Origin: Eledone cirrhosa
Lineage: Eukaryota
Reading direction: 5' to 3'
Assembly (NCBI GenBank): GCA_964016885.1
Contig: OZ024742.1
Coordinates: forward strand, 318,804,087 to 318,868,000
DNA: 63,914 nucleotides
In this document: piece by piece, positions 13,969 through 26,500 of the stretch
Position numbering within the stretch: the first letter of the stretch is position 1
How the letters are laid out: each line of letters begins with the position of its first letter
The notes under the pieces: generated by a model
What the model was told of the DNA's origin: nothing
Databases searched by the model: none
Seen by the model: the letters and a program-made list of their open reading frames with translations, nothing else
Program-made: the position numbers and the translations under genes

Positions 13969-14368
13969 TAATAAATGGAAACTATATTTATAAAACCATA
14001 ATTATTTTATATATATTCCAATGCAGTTTTGGTGCGCTTTCATCAGATAAAATACAAGATTTGTTTTATAAATATTGACATAACCGTAGAAAAACAACCT
14101 TGACGGTTGAAAGTTCGCTGGATAGTCAATGTTGTTTTTCCACGGGTATGTCAATATTTATAAAACAAATCTTGTATTTTATCTGATGAAAGCGCACCAA
14201 GGCTGCCTTGGTTGCCCTTGAAATATATATAATAAAATAATTATGGTTTTATAAATATAGTTTCCATTTATATTGAATATTTACTCCAGTTATCAGTTGA
14301 GTGCTTTATATCAGTTATAAACTTTTAAGCATGTTGGAATCCCAACAAATTAAATATATCTTCTGCAT
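13964..14368. mobile_element. HHR-bearing fold-back element, family H1
   Basis: 13964-14105 inverted against 14125-14273; homologous to 61145-61465 and 62034-62250; (TA)n flanks. Confidence 0.8.
14175..14239 (+). ncRNA. Minimal type I hammerhead ribozyme
   Basis: tattttat CTGATGA aagcgcaccaagg-ctg-ccttggttgccctt GAAA tatata TA ataaaata; 8-bp stem I, long stem II, palindromic stem III loop. Confidence 0.8.
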
Positions 14369-14775
14369 ATATATATATATACATATTTTTACATACTGCA
14401 TACTTCGTTGCTCTAAAAGGTTTTTTTTTTTTCTCTTTCATAGAACCCTTTGTTAAACTCATGCACGAAGAAATATTCTCGCTCTATCTGCGAAATATTT
14501 ATTCCTATTACTAATATTGTTGTACCCCTGTTTTTTTTTTTTTTGTTTTTTTTTTTGTTTTTTTTTTGTTTTAATTTGATTATTTATGTTTCATTCTGAA
14601 AGCAAGGCGAATGTTGGCTTGGTTTCGGTAGATTCCTACGGTTGTAAACATTGTGGCGCCCCACCAACTTTTGCTTACTAATCACTCTATCGACTGCTGA
14701 TGAAGACGGTATATATAATTTATATATATATATATTCATTTCCACTAGAAACACAGAAAAAAAGTCTAAGTTTAA

Positions 14776-15017
14776 AGCCTGTCTTAAGCCAGAAGGCTCG
14801 TTAGGCCGGTTTCGTGGCGTGAAGTGACAGAGTACAAGACCTCCCCGTGGACAGGACGCCAGTCTATCGCAGGGTTAAACCTCCAGCTATTGCTGGTATT
14901 CATTTTCAGCTGAGTATATTGGAGCAACGTGAAATGAAGTGTTTTGCTCAAGAACACAACACGCAACTAAGCCCAGAAATCGAACCAACACCCTTACCAC
15001 TAGGCCACGCGCCTCCA
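14776..15017 (-). mobile_element. tRNA-derived SINE family 2
   Basis: Matches 9694-9975, with internal deletions. Confidence 0.85.
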
Positions 15018-15352
15018 CGAAGAAAAGATTACATTGAATATGTATGTTTATTTTAATGTATTGTGCCTTGATTTATTTTCCACATGTCATTCCGATTATT
15101 TGTATGTTTTCATGCACGTATGTATGCAGCATGCATGCAAGTATGTATGTGTGTGTAGAGAGGAGAGATAGATAAATAGATAGATGGACGAAGATAGATA
15201 GATAGAGAAATAGATAGATAGATATGTTTCTTTTATTTGCCACCAGGGCATCAAAAGTGGGACAAGTACAATGGGGGGAGTTTACAAAACAAGGCGTCCT
15301 CAATAAGGAGGAGGCAATAACAATATATAAAAATAAAATAAGATATAACAAA

Positions 15353-15384
<32 letters not shown>

Positions 15385-15779
15385 TTTGGTAGGTAGATAG
15401 ATATGCGGATAAATTGAATGATACATACATACATACATATATGCATGCACATACATAGATACATGCACATACATAGATACATGCATTGCATACATACATA
15501 GAGACAAAATACTACTACTAGTGAAATTAGAGAAAACCAAAAGATGAGGATTGAAAACACAAACACTCCCCATAATAATAGATAGATGATTTGGGAGTGA
15601 TTTAAAAAGATGTAAAGATATAGAAAACCCAATACACTAGGTTTTAACACTTACTTATATGAAGCATACAAAAAAACAACACTACTCGACAATAGAAAAC
15701 ACTGCACTTAAAGCTGCGTTCGGTTGTACAATGAAAACACGCAGGGAAAACAAGATTACTGAACAGTAATTCTTTCTTT

Positions 15780-16833
15780 TTAGTATGGGCACAAGGGCAG
15801 TAATTTAGGGGAAGAACAAAATTGATTAAATCAACCCCAATACTTGACCGCTACTATATTTTATCGACCCCCTTCAGGAAAGATGAAAGGCAAGGTTGAT
15901 CTCGGCGGGATTTGAACACAGAATGTAAAAGAGACAGAACAAATACCCGCAAAACATTTCATCCGACGCTCATACAATTCAGCCAATCTTCAAAATAATA
16001 AGGATTTGTACACGAGACACAAAGCCAGTAATTTAGGGGCGCGGTGAAAGCCGGTTATATCGGCTCAGTTTTTTACTGATACTTTATTTTATCGACCACG
16101 GAAGGATGAAAGGCAAAGCTGACCTCGGTGGGATTTGAACTCAGAATGTAAAGAGTCGGAACAAATGCTAAGCACTTGTCCAATGTTCTAACAACTTTGC
16201 CAATCCACTGCCTTAATCCAAAAAATAATGATTTTTAGGCTCATAGCCAGCAATTTGGGGGGTGAAAGTCGGTTAAATCGACCCGAGTACTTAACGGGTA
16301 TTTTATTTTATCAACCCTAAAAAGGGGAAAGGTTGACCGCGGCAGGATTTGAACTCAGAACGTAAAGGGCCAAGATAGATAAAGCAAAGCATATCCAAGG
16401 CTCTAAAATTCTATCAACACAATATGATTTCTAATTTAGGCACAAGGTCAGGAATTTGTGTGAAAGGGAAAACCGATTATATCGACCCAGTACGTTACTG
16501 GTACTTTATTTTGTCGACCCCCAAAAGAGAAGAGATAATGTTGACCACGGCGAGAATAAATACTGCAAAGTATGTTCTCCAACATTTTCAGAATTCTGTC
16601 AATAAACAATATAGTAATTCTTTTAACATTGGAACAAGGCGAGCAACTTAGGGGAGGGGAAAGTCGATTATAGTAACCCCCTAATACTTAAATAATAATT
16701 TATTTTGTCAACCCCGGAAGGGTGAAAGCAAAATTGGACTCGGCGGGATTTGAACTCAGAACGTAGAAAGTCGCAACTAACTGCCGCAAAGCATTTTGTC
16801 CGGCGCTCTAGCGATACCGCTAATCCACTGCCC
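15780..16833 (-). mobile_element. Five head-to-tail diverged SINE family 1 copies
   Basis: tcgaccc/tcaaccc...gatttgaactcagaa blocks recur with ~200-230 bp spacing. Confidence 0.8.
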
Positions 16834-16850
16834 TAGCAAAGCATGCCTTA

Positions 16851-16923
16851 AGGTACCAGTGAGATTCGAACTCCCAACCTCCAGTTTACTAGGCTAGCAG
16901 TCTAACTAACTGATCTGTGGAGC
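16851..16923 (-). pseudogene. tRNA-Thr(AGT)-like pseudogene
   Basis: gctccacagatcagttagttaga...cctAGTaaactggaggttgggagttcgaatctc; T-loop and anticodon loop present, stems imperfect. Confidence 0.55.
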
Positions 16924-17676
16924 AAACTTACACATGATATAGTACATGATAATAGTAAAAATTAAAATAATCTTACCATTATTTATAGATTTAGTGTTGA
17001 TATGAATTTCCTTAACAGCAATTCCTCTTTGCTCCTTCCTTGTTCAGTTATTTATTGTCATTAAATCCACGTGAGCTTCTTATTTACGTCTTCTCTCTAC
17101 TACTATTTTCTTGTTAATATTTTCTATTCTTTTTCTTTTTTTCTTTTCTGACGGGGAACTTTATGACAAAATAAAAGCTACTTATTGCTAGTCATGTTTT
17201 TGTTTTCTTACTTCTTACAAAATTTATTCCAAACTTTAGCTTCCAAATATTTTTCGTCTGATTTCCTTGTCTCTTTGTTATTTTATCTTCCTCTTTTACT
17301 TTCGTCCGTGCGTAGCCTTCTCGCTCTTTCCTCCTGTCTTTCTCTGTTTACCTTATATCATTAGTCTATCACGACTAGTCTTACGCTTTTTTATTCTAAC
17401 TCCCACTCTTCCCCCCTGCTTTGCTTTGCTCTCTCTGCTGCTCTGATTCTCCGCCCTCTTTCTCCTTCTATATCTCTCTATATTTGTTTCTATAACTATC
17501 TCTCCTCCCCACACTCCATCCATCTTTCTCTTTCTCTTTCTTATTAACGCTTTTCCTTATCGTTCACTGTCATGTTCTCCACCAGTGCTAATTATTAGCT
17601 CCACAGCTTCCACCTGACTCTCTTTCTGTCTGCGGTTTAAACCTTCACTTTCGCGCTTATTCACATTTTTCCTTCC

Positions 17677-17713
<37 letters not shown>

Positions 17714-17785
17714 TTTCTTTCTTTCTTTCTCACTTTAATTATTTCTTACTTTCTGTCTCCCCCCCTCTCTCTCTTTATATATATA

Positions 17786-17865
17786 CAGAGTGTCCCCCAA
17801 AAATGTATACACACTTCAACAGCATTCTAATAAAAGCGTGTATACATGTTTTGGGGGACACACTG
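17786..17865. mobile_element. 80-bp Tc1/mariner-type MITE
   Basis: TIR cagagtgtcccccaaaa / ttttgggggacacactg; TA flanks; second copy inverted at 49570-49646. Confidence 0.8.
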
Positions 17866-17877
17866 TATATATATATA

Positions 17878-18013
17878 TGGTGGTGGTGTTGGTGGTGGTG
17901 GTTGTCGTAGTCGTCATCGTCGTTGTGGCGGTGGTGGTGCTGGTATAGTTGTAGTAGTAGTAGTAGCAGCGGTGGTGATGGTGGTAGTAGTAGTAGTGGC
18001 AGTGGTGGTGATG

Positions 18014-18047
<34 letters not shown>

Positions 18048-18075
18048 CAGCAGCAGCAGTAGTAGGGCAGCAGTA
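17878..18075. repeat. GGT/AGT/AGC trinucleotide tract
   Basis: Mixed triplet repeat. Confidence 0.9.
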
Positions 18076-18557
18076 ATACTAAAGCTTTCGTGTTTATTAC
18101 TAGTTTATCTCTCACCATTGCTATCCTTTCATCTTTCTCTGACATTATCTTTACTCCATCCTAAATGACGCCATCACCACCACCATCAGTCCTGTTATCA
18201 AGACATATATACACTCCTTTAAAACTATCCACCACCTCGCTTTCACATTTCTTCTAGCATTTTTTTTTTTTTTCATTTTTTTTTTTTATCACAATATAAA
18301 ATGTGACAGGGGTGCTTTTCTCCTCCATTCATCAAACTAATCTCACCAACCCTGGACACGTTTTAACCCTCAAGCCAACAAAGTTTAATTTCTTTTTTTT
18401 TTTTTTCAAATTAAAAAAAATATATATTAGCCCCCAAAAATCAAAACATAAAAAAAAAGAATACTGAGTGAATTGCTGTTAAGGAAATTCATATCAACAC
18501 TAAATCTATAAATAATGGTAAGATTATTGTAATTTTTACTATTATCATTACTATTAT

Positions 18558-18743
18558 CGGTGGATTGGCAGTATCGGTAGAGGGTCGGACGCCATGCTTT
18601 GCAGCAAAGAGTTATGGCCCTTTATGGTCTGAGTTCAAATCCCGCCGAGGCTAACTTTGCCTTTCATCCTTACGGGGTCGATAAAATAAAGTACCAGTAA
18701 TGCACTAGGATAATTGCTGGCCTTGTATCAAAAGTAGAAACAA
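18558..18743 (+). mobile_element. SINE family 1 inserted in the inverted arm
   Basis: Very similar to 7962-8152. Confidence 0.85.
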
Positions 18744-18762
18744 TTATATTATGTGTAAGTTT

Positions 18763-18835
18763 GCTCCACTGATCAGTTAGTTAGATGGCCAGCCTAGTAA
18801 ATTGGAGGTTGGGAGTTCGAATCTCACTGGTATCT
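18763..18835 (+). pseudogene. tRNA-Thr(AGT)-like pseudogene, second copy
   Basis: Inverted duplicate of 16851-16923. Confidence 0.5.
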
Positions 18836-19156
18836 TAAGGCATGCTTTGCTAGGGCAGTGGATTAGCAGTATCGCTAGAGCGTCGGACAAAATGCTTTGC
18901 AGCAATTAGTTGCGACTTTCTGGTGAGAAGGAGGGCGGGGATGGGGGAGAGGGAGGTATCCTCAATCTGAAAGTCTGTTTTGAATATTTTTATGCAACAG
19001 AGTGGACTCCGTTAAAAGACACTCGAGAACCAGGTGGTGGTGATAAACTGGACGACGAGTGAAATCTACTACCCAAGTAAGCTACAGAGAGATTCGAACT
19101 TAGAACGCAAAGCACCGGAACAAAAATCACAAGGAATCTCGTCCGATGCTCTAACA

Positions 19157-19711
19157 CAGAGGTTCTCAAACTTTTGGGGCCTCCTCCACCCCCACCCTCT
19201 CGTGGTCATGTAATACCATCAGCGCCCCCACTCCTATTTCCAGAGAGGCCTGCCTACACGCAAAATGTAAATAATATATAAGAAATAAAATCGTTAATTT
19301 ATATATAATAAATAATATAATTCGTTTTTGAATTTGTTTTGCGAGATTTCTTATCTGAAAACGTGTGTTGAAACATATATTGTTACACTTTGGGAGGGTC
19401 ATGTTGCCAATAAAAACACACGCACCTGTTGGTTTTACTTCAATTTATTATAAACTTCCGGTTGTTTGGTTCGATAACCGGAAGGTTGTATATATATTGT
19501 CAAAGCTCGTTCGTCACACATTCTGTGACCACCTCAGTGACTAGGTTTTTATTTTTTGTGTCGCTCCTTTATTCTGTCCTACACCATTTTATATTTAATA
19601 TACTATTTCATCATCTCTACCACCCCCTTGGGCCCCAGTGCTCCCCTTGACCTTCTCAACGCCACCTCCACCCCCGGGGGTGAGTGCAGTAGCCCACTTT
19701 GAGAAGCTCTG
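19157..19711. mobile_element. 555-bp hAT MITE nested in a SINE
   Basis: TIR cagaggttctcaaa / tttgagaagctctg; perfect 8-bp TSD ctctaaca at 19149-19156 and 19712-19719. Confidence 0.9.
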
Positions 19712-20000
19712 CTCTAACAATTCCGCTAATCCACTGGACTGATATTATATTTTATCGACCCTGAAAGAATGAAAGACAGTTTATTTCAATCAGACCAGCT
19801 GGTTCACTATAGAACCGGCCTTTTGTTCACTGGCCTGACAAAGACACATCTTACATGAAACCTATTCTGTTCTTCCATTCAATTTTTCCGCAACGTTGTA
19901 ATTTTACCTCCTGTTTTTTGCGATGGGCTGAAATATAAAACCTGGATAGAACCACTATTTCCCATCCATTCACCACACTTACATATATAGAGCTTGCCTT

Positions 20001-20220
20001 GTTGCCAACAGACTGAAGCTGTAAAATTATCAGCCACTTTCCGATAGATTTATCGTCGAACCCATAGCGTTGGAAACACTCGGCGTCTTGGATTATAGAA
20101 GCCCGCCCCTACTCACTACGATCGTGATGGAGGTGGCCTTCAACAAGAACGAGCCCCGAGAATTGGACTGGTTTTTTTTCCAATGCTTCTCCCTTGCTAT
20201 CCCTCCGGGATAACGCAACT
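20001..20220 (+). pseudogene. C-terminal restriction-like endonuclease remnant of a CRE-type non-LTR retrotransposon
   Basis: Translates VANRLKL*NYQPLSDRFIVEPIALETLGVLD...EPRELDWFFFQCFSLAI, matching the KY..L..F.P.A.ETLG...FQ.LS.AI pattern. Confidence 0.7.
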
Positions 20221-20276
20221 CCTTCGCTCCAAGAGAAGAACCAGCAGCTGAGTTGAGAAAATATAGTGGTTATTAA

Positions 20277-20503
20277 CCCTTTCTTTACCGAATTTCTAAT
20301 GAAATATACTGCCTGTATGTTTCAACTAATTTGGAAAATGACCAAATAAGTTTTTCATTAGTAAGCTAATATTTAGAACATTACTTTAAAATTTCTAAAA
20401 TATAACTATGATGGAAGGTTTTAATATAAGGATAAATATTTTAAATTAACAGTTTTGTATCATAGAGCCAAGGGCGGTTTCGGGTGGTTTGGTATCAAAA
20501 AGA
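20277..20503. mobile_element. piggyBac-like MITE
   Basis: TTAA-ccctttctttacc ... ggtatcaaaaaga-TTAA with imperfect TIRs. Confidence 0.6.
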
Positions 20504-20521
20504 TTAAATAGACAAATATAT

Positions 20522-23500
20522 GTTTCCATCATATACACTACAGTTTCCATCATATACAATACAGTTTCCATCATATACACTACAGTTTCCATCATATACA
20601 CTACAGTTTCCATCATATACACTACAGTTTCCATCATATACACTACAGTTTCCATCATATACACTACAGTTTCCATCATATACACTACAGTTTCCATCAT
20701 ATACACTACAGTTTCCATCATATACACTACAGTTTCCATCATATACACTACAGTTTCCATCATATACACTACAGTTTCCATCATATACACTACAGTTTCC
20801 ATCATATACACTACAGTTTCCATCATATACACTACGGTTTCCATCATATACACTACAGTTTCCATCATATACACTACAGTTTCCATCATATACACTACAG
20901 TTTCCATCATATACACTACAGTTTCCATCATATACACTACAGTTTCCATCATATACACTACAGTTTCCATCATATACACTACAGTTTCCATCATATACAC
21001 TACAGTTTCCATCATATACACTACAGTTTCCATCATATACAATACAGTTTCCATCATATACACTACAGTTTCCATCATATACACTACGGTTTCCATCATA
21101 TACACTACAGTTTCCATCATATACACTACAGTTTCCATCATATACACTACAGTTTCCATCATATACACTACAGTTTCCATCATATACACTACAGTTTCCA
21201 TCATATACACTACAGTTTCCATCATATACAATACAGTTTCCATCATATACACTACAGTTTCCATCATATACAATACAGTTTCCATCATATACACTACAGT
21301 TTCCATCATATACAATACAGTTTCCATCATATACACTACAGTTTCCATCATATACAATACAGTTTCCATCATATACACTACAGTTTCCATCATATACACT
21401 ACAGTTTCCATCATATACACTACAGTTTCCATCATATACACTACAGTTTCCATCATATACACTACAGTTTCCATCATATACACTACAGTTTCCATCATAT
21501 ACACTACAGTTTCCATCATATACACTACGGTTTCCATCATATACACTACAGTTTCCATCATATACACTACAGTTTCCATCATATACACTACAGTTTCCAT
21601 CATATACAATACAGTTTCCATCATATACACTACAGTTTCCATCATATACAATACAGTTTCCATCATATACACTACAGTTTCCATCATATACACTACAGTT
21701 TCCATCATATACACTACAGTTTCCATCATATACACTACAGTTTCCATCATATACACTACAGTTTCCATCATATACACTACGGTTTCCATCATATACACTA
21801 CAGTTTCCATCATATACACTACAGTTTCCATCATATACACTACAGTTTCCATCATATACAATACAGTTTCCATCATATACACTACAGTTTCCATCATATA
21901 CACTACGGTTTCCATCATATACACTACAGTTTCCATCATATACACTACAGTTTCCATCATATACACTACGGTTTCCATCATATACACTACAGTTTCCATC
22001 ATATACACTACAGTTTCCATCATATACACTACGGTTTCCATCATATACACTACAGTTTCCATCATATACACTACGGTTTCCATCATATACACTACAGTTT
22101 CCATCATATACACTACAGTTTCCATCATATACACTACAGTTTCCATCATATACACTACAGTTTCCATCATATACACTACGGTTTCCATCATATACACTAC
22201 AGTTTCCATCATATACACTACGGTTTCCATTATATACACTACAGTTTCCATCATATACACTACAGTTTCCATCATATACACTACAGTTTCCATCATATAC
22301 ACTACAGTTTCCATCATATACAATACAGTTTCCATCATATACACTACAGTTTCCATCATATACACTACAGTTTCCATCATATACACTACAGTTTCCATCA
22401 TATACACTACAGTTTCCATCATATACACTACAGTTTCCATCATATACACTACAGTTTCCATCATATACACTACAGTTTCCATCATATACACTACGGTTTC
22501 CATCATATACACTACAGTTTCCATCATATAAACTACGGTTTCCATCATATACACTACAGTTTCCATCATATACACTACAGTTTCCATCATATACACTACA
22601 GTTTCCATCATATACAATACAGTTTCCATCATATACACTACAGTTTCCATCATATACAATACAGTTTCCATCATATACACTACAGTTTCCATCATATACA
22701 CTACAGTTTCCATCATATACACTACAGTTTCCATCATATACACTACAGTTTCCATCATATACACTACAGTTTCCATCATATACACTACGGTTTCCATCAT
22801 ATACACTACAGTTTCCATCATATACACTACAGTTTCCATCATATACACTACAGTTTCCATCATATACACTACAGTTTCCATCATATACAATACAGTTTCC
22901 ATCATATACACTACAGTTTCCATCATATACACTACGGTTTCCATCATATACACTACAGTTTCCATCATATACACTACAGTTTCCATCATATACACTACGG
23001 TTTCCATCATATACACTACAGTTTCCATCATATACACTACAGTTTCCATCATATACACTACAGTTTCCATCATATACACTACAGTTTCCATCATATACAA
23101 TACAGTTTCCATCATATACACTACAGTTTCCATCATATACACTACAGTTTCCATCATATACACTACAGTTTCCATCATATACACTACAGTTTCCATCATA
23201 TACACTACAGTTTCCATCATATACACTACGGTTTCCATCATATACACTACAGTTTCCATCATATACACTACGGTTTCCATTATATACACTACAGTTTCCA
23301 TCATATACACTACAGTTTCCATCATATACACTACAGTTTCCATCATATACACTACAGTTTCCATCATATACAATACAGTTTCCATCATATACACTACAGT
23401 TTCCATCATATACACTACAGTTTCCATCATATACACTACAGTTTCCATCATATACACTACAGTTTCCATCATATACACTACAGTTTCCATCATATACACT

Positions 23501-26500
23501 ACAGTTTCCATCATATACACTACAGTTTCCATCATATACACTACGGTTTCCATCATATACACTACAGTTTCCATCATATAAACTACAGTTTCCATCATAT
23601 ACACTACAGTTTCCATCATATACAATACAGTTTCCATCATATACACTACAGTTTCCATCATATACACTACAGTTTCCATCATATACAATACAGTTTCTAT
23701 CATATACACTACAGTTTCCATCATATACACTACGGTTTCCATCATATACACTACGGTTTCCATCATATACACTACAGTTTCCATCATATACACTACAGTT
23801 TCCATCATATACACTACAGTTTCCATCATATACACTACAGTTTCCATCATATACACTACAGTTTCCATCATATACACTACAGTTTCCATCATATACACTA
23901 CAGTTTCCATCATATACAATACAGTTTCCATCATATACACTACAGTTTCCATCATATACACTACGGTTTCCATCATATACACTACGGTTTCCATCATATA
24001 CACTACAGTTTCCATCATATACACTACAGTTTCCATCATATACACTACAGTTTCCATCATATACACTACAGTTTCCATCATATACACTACAGTTTCCATC
24101 ATATACACTACAGTTTCCATCATATACACTACAGTTTCCATCATATACAATACAGTTTCCATCATATACACTACAGTTTCCATCATATACAATACAGTTT
24201 CCATCATATACACTACAGTTTCCATCATATACAATACAGTTTCCATCATATACACTACAGTTTCCATCATATACACTACAGTTTCCATCATATACACTAC
24301 AGTTTCCATCATATACACTACAGTTTCCATCATATACACTACAGTTTCCATCATATACACTACAGTTTCCATCATATACACTACAGTTTCCATCATATAC
24401 ACTACGGTTTCCATCATATACACTACAGTTTCCATCATATACACTACAGTTTCCATCATATACACTACAGTTTCCATCATATACAATACAGTTTCCATCA
24501 TATACACTACAGTTTCCATCATATACAATACAGTTTCCATCATATACACTACAGTTTCCATCATATACACTACAGTTTCCATCATATACACTACAGTTTC
24601 CATCATATACACTACAGTTTCCATCATATACACTACAGTTTCCATCATATACACTACGGTTTCCATCATATACACTACAGTTTCCATCATATACACTACA
24701 GTTTCCATCATATACACTACAGTTTCCATCATATACACTACAGTTTCCATCATATACAATACAGTTTCCATCATATACACTACAGTTTCCATCATATACA
24801 CTACGGTTTCCATCATATACACTACAGTTTCCATCATATACACTACAGTTTCCATCATATACACTACGGTTTCCATCATATACACTACAGTTTCCATCAT
24901 ATACACTACGGTTTCCATCATATACACTACGGTTTCCATCATATACACTACAGTTTCCATCATATACACTACAGTTTCCATCATATACACTACAGTTTCC
25001 ATCATATACACTACAGTTTCCATCATATACACTACGGTTTCCATCATATACACTACAGTTTCCATCATATACACTACGGTTTCCATTATATACACTACAG
25101 TTTCCATCATATACACTACAGTTTCCATCATATACACTACAGTTTCAATCATATACGCTACAGTTTCCATCATATACACTACGGTTTCCATCATATACAC
25201 TACAGTTTCCATCATATACACTACAGTTTCCATCATATACACTACAGTTTCCATCATATACACTACAGTTTCCATCATATACACTACGGTTTCCATCATA
25301 TACACTACAGTTTCCATCATATACACTAGGGTTTCCATCATATACACTACAGTTTCCATCATATACACTACAGTTTCCATCATATACAATACAGTTTCCA
25401 TCATATACACTACAGTTTCCATCATATACAATACAGTTTCCATCATATACACTACAGTTTCCATCATATACACTACAGTTTCCATCATATACACTACAGT
25501 TTCCATCATATACACTACAGTTTCCATCATATACACTACAGTTTCCATCATATACACTACAGTTTCCATCATATACACTACAGTTTCCATCATATACACT
25601 ACAGTTTCCATCATATACACTACGGTTTCCATCATATACACTACAGTTTCCATCATATACACTACAGTTTCCATCATATACACTACAGTTTCCATCATAT
25701 ACAATACAGTTTCCATCATATACACTACAGTTTCCATCATATACAATACAGTTTCCATCATATACACTACAGTTTCCATCATATACACTACAGTTTCCAT
25801 CATATACACTACAGTTTCCATCATATACACTACAGTTTCCATCATATACACTACAGTTTCCATCATATACACTACGGTTTCCATCATATACACTACAGTT
25901 TCCATCATATACACTACAGTTTCCATCATATACACTACAGTTTCCATCATATACACTACAGTTTCCATCATATACAATACAGTTTCCATCATATACACTA
26001 CAGTTTCCATCATATACACTACGGTTTCCATCATATACACTACAGTTTCCATCATATACACTACAGTTTCCATCATATACACTACGGTTTCCATCATATA
26101 CACTACAGTTTCCATCATATACACTACGGTTTCCATCATATACACTACGGTTTCCATCATATACACTACAGTTTCCATCATATACACTACAGTTTCCATC
26201 ATATACACTACAGTTTCCATCATATACACTACAGTTTCCATCATATACACTACGGTTTCCATCATATACACTACAGTTTCCATCATATACACTACGGTTT
26301 CCATCATATACACTACGGTTTCCATCATATACACTACAGTTTCCATCATATACACTACAGTTTCCATCATATACGCTACAGTTTCCATCATATACACTAC
26401 GGTTTCCATCATATACACTACAGTTTCCATCATATACACTACAGTTTCCATCATATACACTACAGTTTCCATCATATACACTACAGTTTCCATCATATAC

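Larger units (their letters stand above)
16765..18920. repeat. ~260-bp inverted duplication (arms 16765-17024 and 18470-18920)
   Basis: The right arm is the reverse complement of the left arm but is interrupted by a SINE at 18558-18743. Confidence 0.85.
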
